The notes beneath the pieces were generated by a model that had not been told where the DNA came from, did no database searches, and saw only the letters and a list, made by a program, of their open reading frames with translations. A program made the position numbers and the translations under genes. A DNA stretch of 64,000 nt from Octopus vulgaris (Eukaryota), in assembly GCA_951406725.2 (NCBI GenBank), contig OX597818.1, forward strand, positions 76,446,001-76,510,000, written 5' to 3'. Shown here piece by piece: positions 62,398 to 64,000 of the stretch (its first letter is position 1; every line of letters begins with the position of its first letter).

Positions 62398-62984
62398 AAA
62401 CTCTGTTATATATATATATATATACATGTATATGTATACATATATATATGTATATATATGTATATATCTTAAAGAGAGTGTGTGAGTGAGAGAGACGGAC
62501 AGACAGAGATGCACATACAACACAGCATAAATCAGAAGAATTGAAATAAATTTAAATATTACAAAGCCTCATTATAGGTTAAATAAGAATGTAAACAGAT
62601 TCATGTGGCAAAAAGATGGAGGGAGCCACTTGATAGATTGCTTCATGGTATGTTGACCACTACTCAAAGAAGTAATTAATTATGAACCACCAATAACACA
62701 AAAATCATATTATGCTTTCACTAATGCACTAATCTTATTTAGGACTGCTTCATAAGCGCTAATTTAGGAAAGAAGGTGAATTTGTCTTCTCTAAGAAGCA
62801 GTCAGTAAACTGTGAAAAGGTCAACCAGGAGACTCACTCTTTCTTTTTCCACACATCAGTTGCATAGAAAGAATATGGTTATATTACCCACAATAAGGTT
62901 AGCATATTTGTTATATTTATTTATTAACATATTTTATTCATATATATATATTGAACATATAGACTACATTGATCATATAATGTA

Positions 62985-63170
62985 TGCACATTGGGAAAAA
63001 TGTTTACCATCATTTTGTCTATCTTTACATTCTGAGTTCAAATTCCACCAAGGTCGACTTTGCTTTTCATCCTTTCAGGGTCAATGAAATAAGTACCAGT
63101 TGAACATTGGAGGGGTGGGGCAGTCGATTTGATCAACTTAACCCCTCACCTGAAATTACTTAGCCTTCAT
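62985..63170 (+). mobile_element. SINE family B fragment
   Basis: ttctgagttcaaattccaccaaggtcgactttgcttttcatcctttcagggtc..aagtaccagttg. Confidence 0.75.
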
Positions 63171-64000
63171 ATAATGGGTAACTTTGGATGTAAACTTTTG
63201 CCACTATGGGTAATATCAGGAAATATGACATTCACATAATAATCATGATTTAACTTTTATCTCGGTACTTATAGAAAATGATTAAATGAATACTAATTTT
63301 CAAATGACAAATATTTATTACTTTAAAGTAAAATTAAATAAAACAAATTTCTCATTTGTATAAGGTTTTCTTTACTCCCTCTCTTCCCCTTGCTCTTTTG
63401 TCTCTATGTTGTTTTCTCTCTAGTTATTGTGTACCTCTTATGTCAGCTCTTTCTGTATCTCTCATCTATTCTCTCTTCCCTTTCCTATATGATGTAAACC
63501 ATAACTGGAGAGGTCAACCAACCAACCAACCAACATTTAAACTGATTATTATTATATAGAGATTATATTATCATAATAAAAGTAATTACATTCTTTCTGT
63601 ATTCTTTTATTTTTATGGGTTTCAGTTATTACATAGTGACCATGCTGGGGTACCACATTCAAAGATTTTTGTTGATTTACCAACTTCTGTACTGATTTCA
63701 ATCTCTTACTTGCTACACTATGTAACACAATTTTTGTCCTTGGGTAGCAACTATTATTTTATAGTTGCTTACCCTTAGAAAGCATGGAAAATGGCTGATA
63801 TTTCCTTCAAACTCTGCTTTTGTTACTTTTATTCAAACCCCAAAGAATCCCTCTCAGCACATAGCTATTATGCTCCCCCACTACGCCTTCTCATGATCAG
63901 AGATGCACATGTTGTCAGCAACTAAGAGACATGGTCAAGTGATTATGGTCATGGTAATTGACATGCAAATCTGTGGTATTGAGCAGAATATTTGCTAGAA

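Overview
Eukaryotic, AT-rich and microsatellite-saturated DNA. The SINE families and repeat landscape look like Octopus (inferred from recall, not searched). I found no convincing host protein-coding exon, so the window is intergenic or intronic and dominated by decayed mobile elements. Non-LTR elements: two RTE LINE families, CR1, L2, R4/Dong and Hero fragments, two Penelope fragments and many tRNA-derived SINEs. LTR and DNA elements: three Ty3/Gypsy elements, one LTR+PBS remnant, a Buster-type hAT, a hATm-like element, two Tc1 copies, two mariners, MITEs and non-autonomous Helitrons. A three-level nest (Penelope > hAT > two Gypsy elements) spans about 31.9-42.0 kb. The most interesting observations are: (1) several hammerhead-ribozyme motifs, one with an intact core and an unusually long stem II (28332-28448); (2) a PHD-type zinc finger inserted inside the reverse transcriptase of an RTE LINE; (3) a young but coding-dead Gypsy element with an in-frame gag-RT fusion; (4) a 158-bp spacer-less palindrome; (5) SINE-internal (TA)n tracts acting as landing pads for Helitrons. 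All calls are by eye, and boundaries of degenerate elements are approximate.
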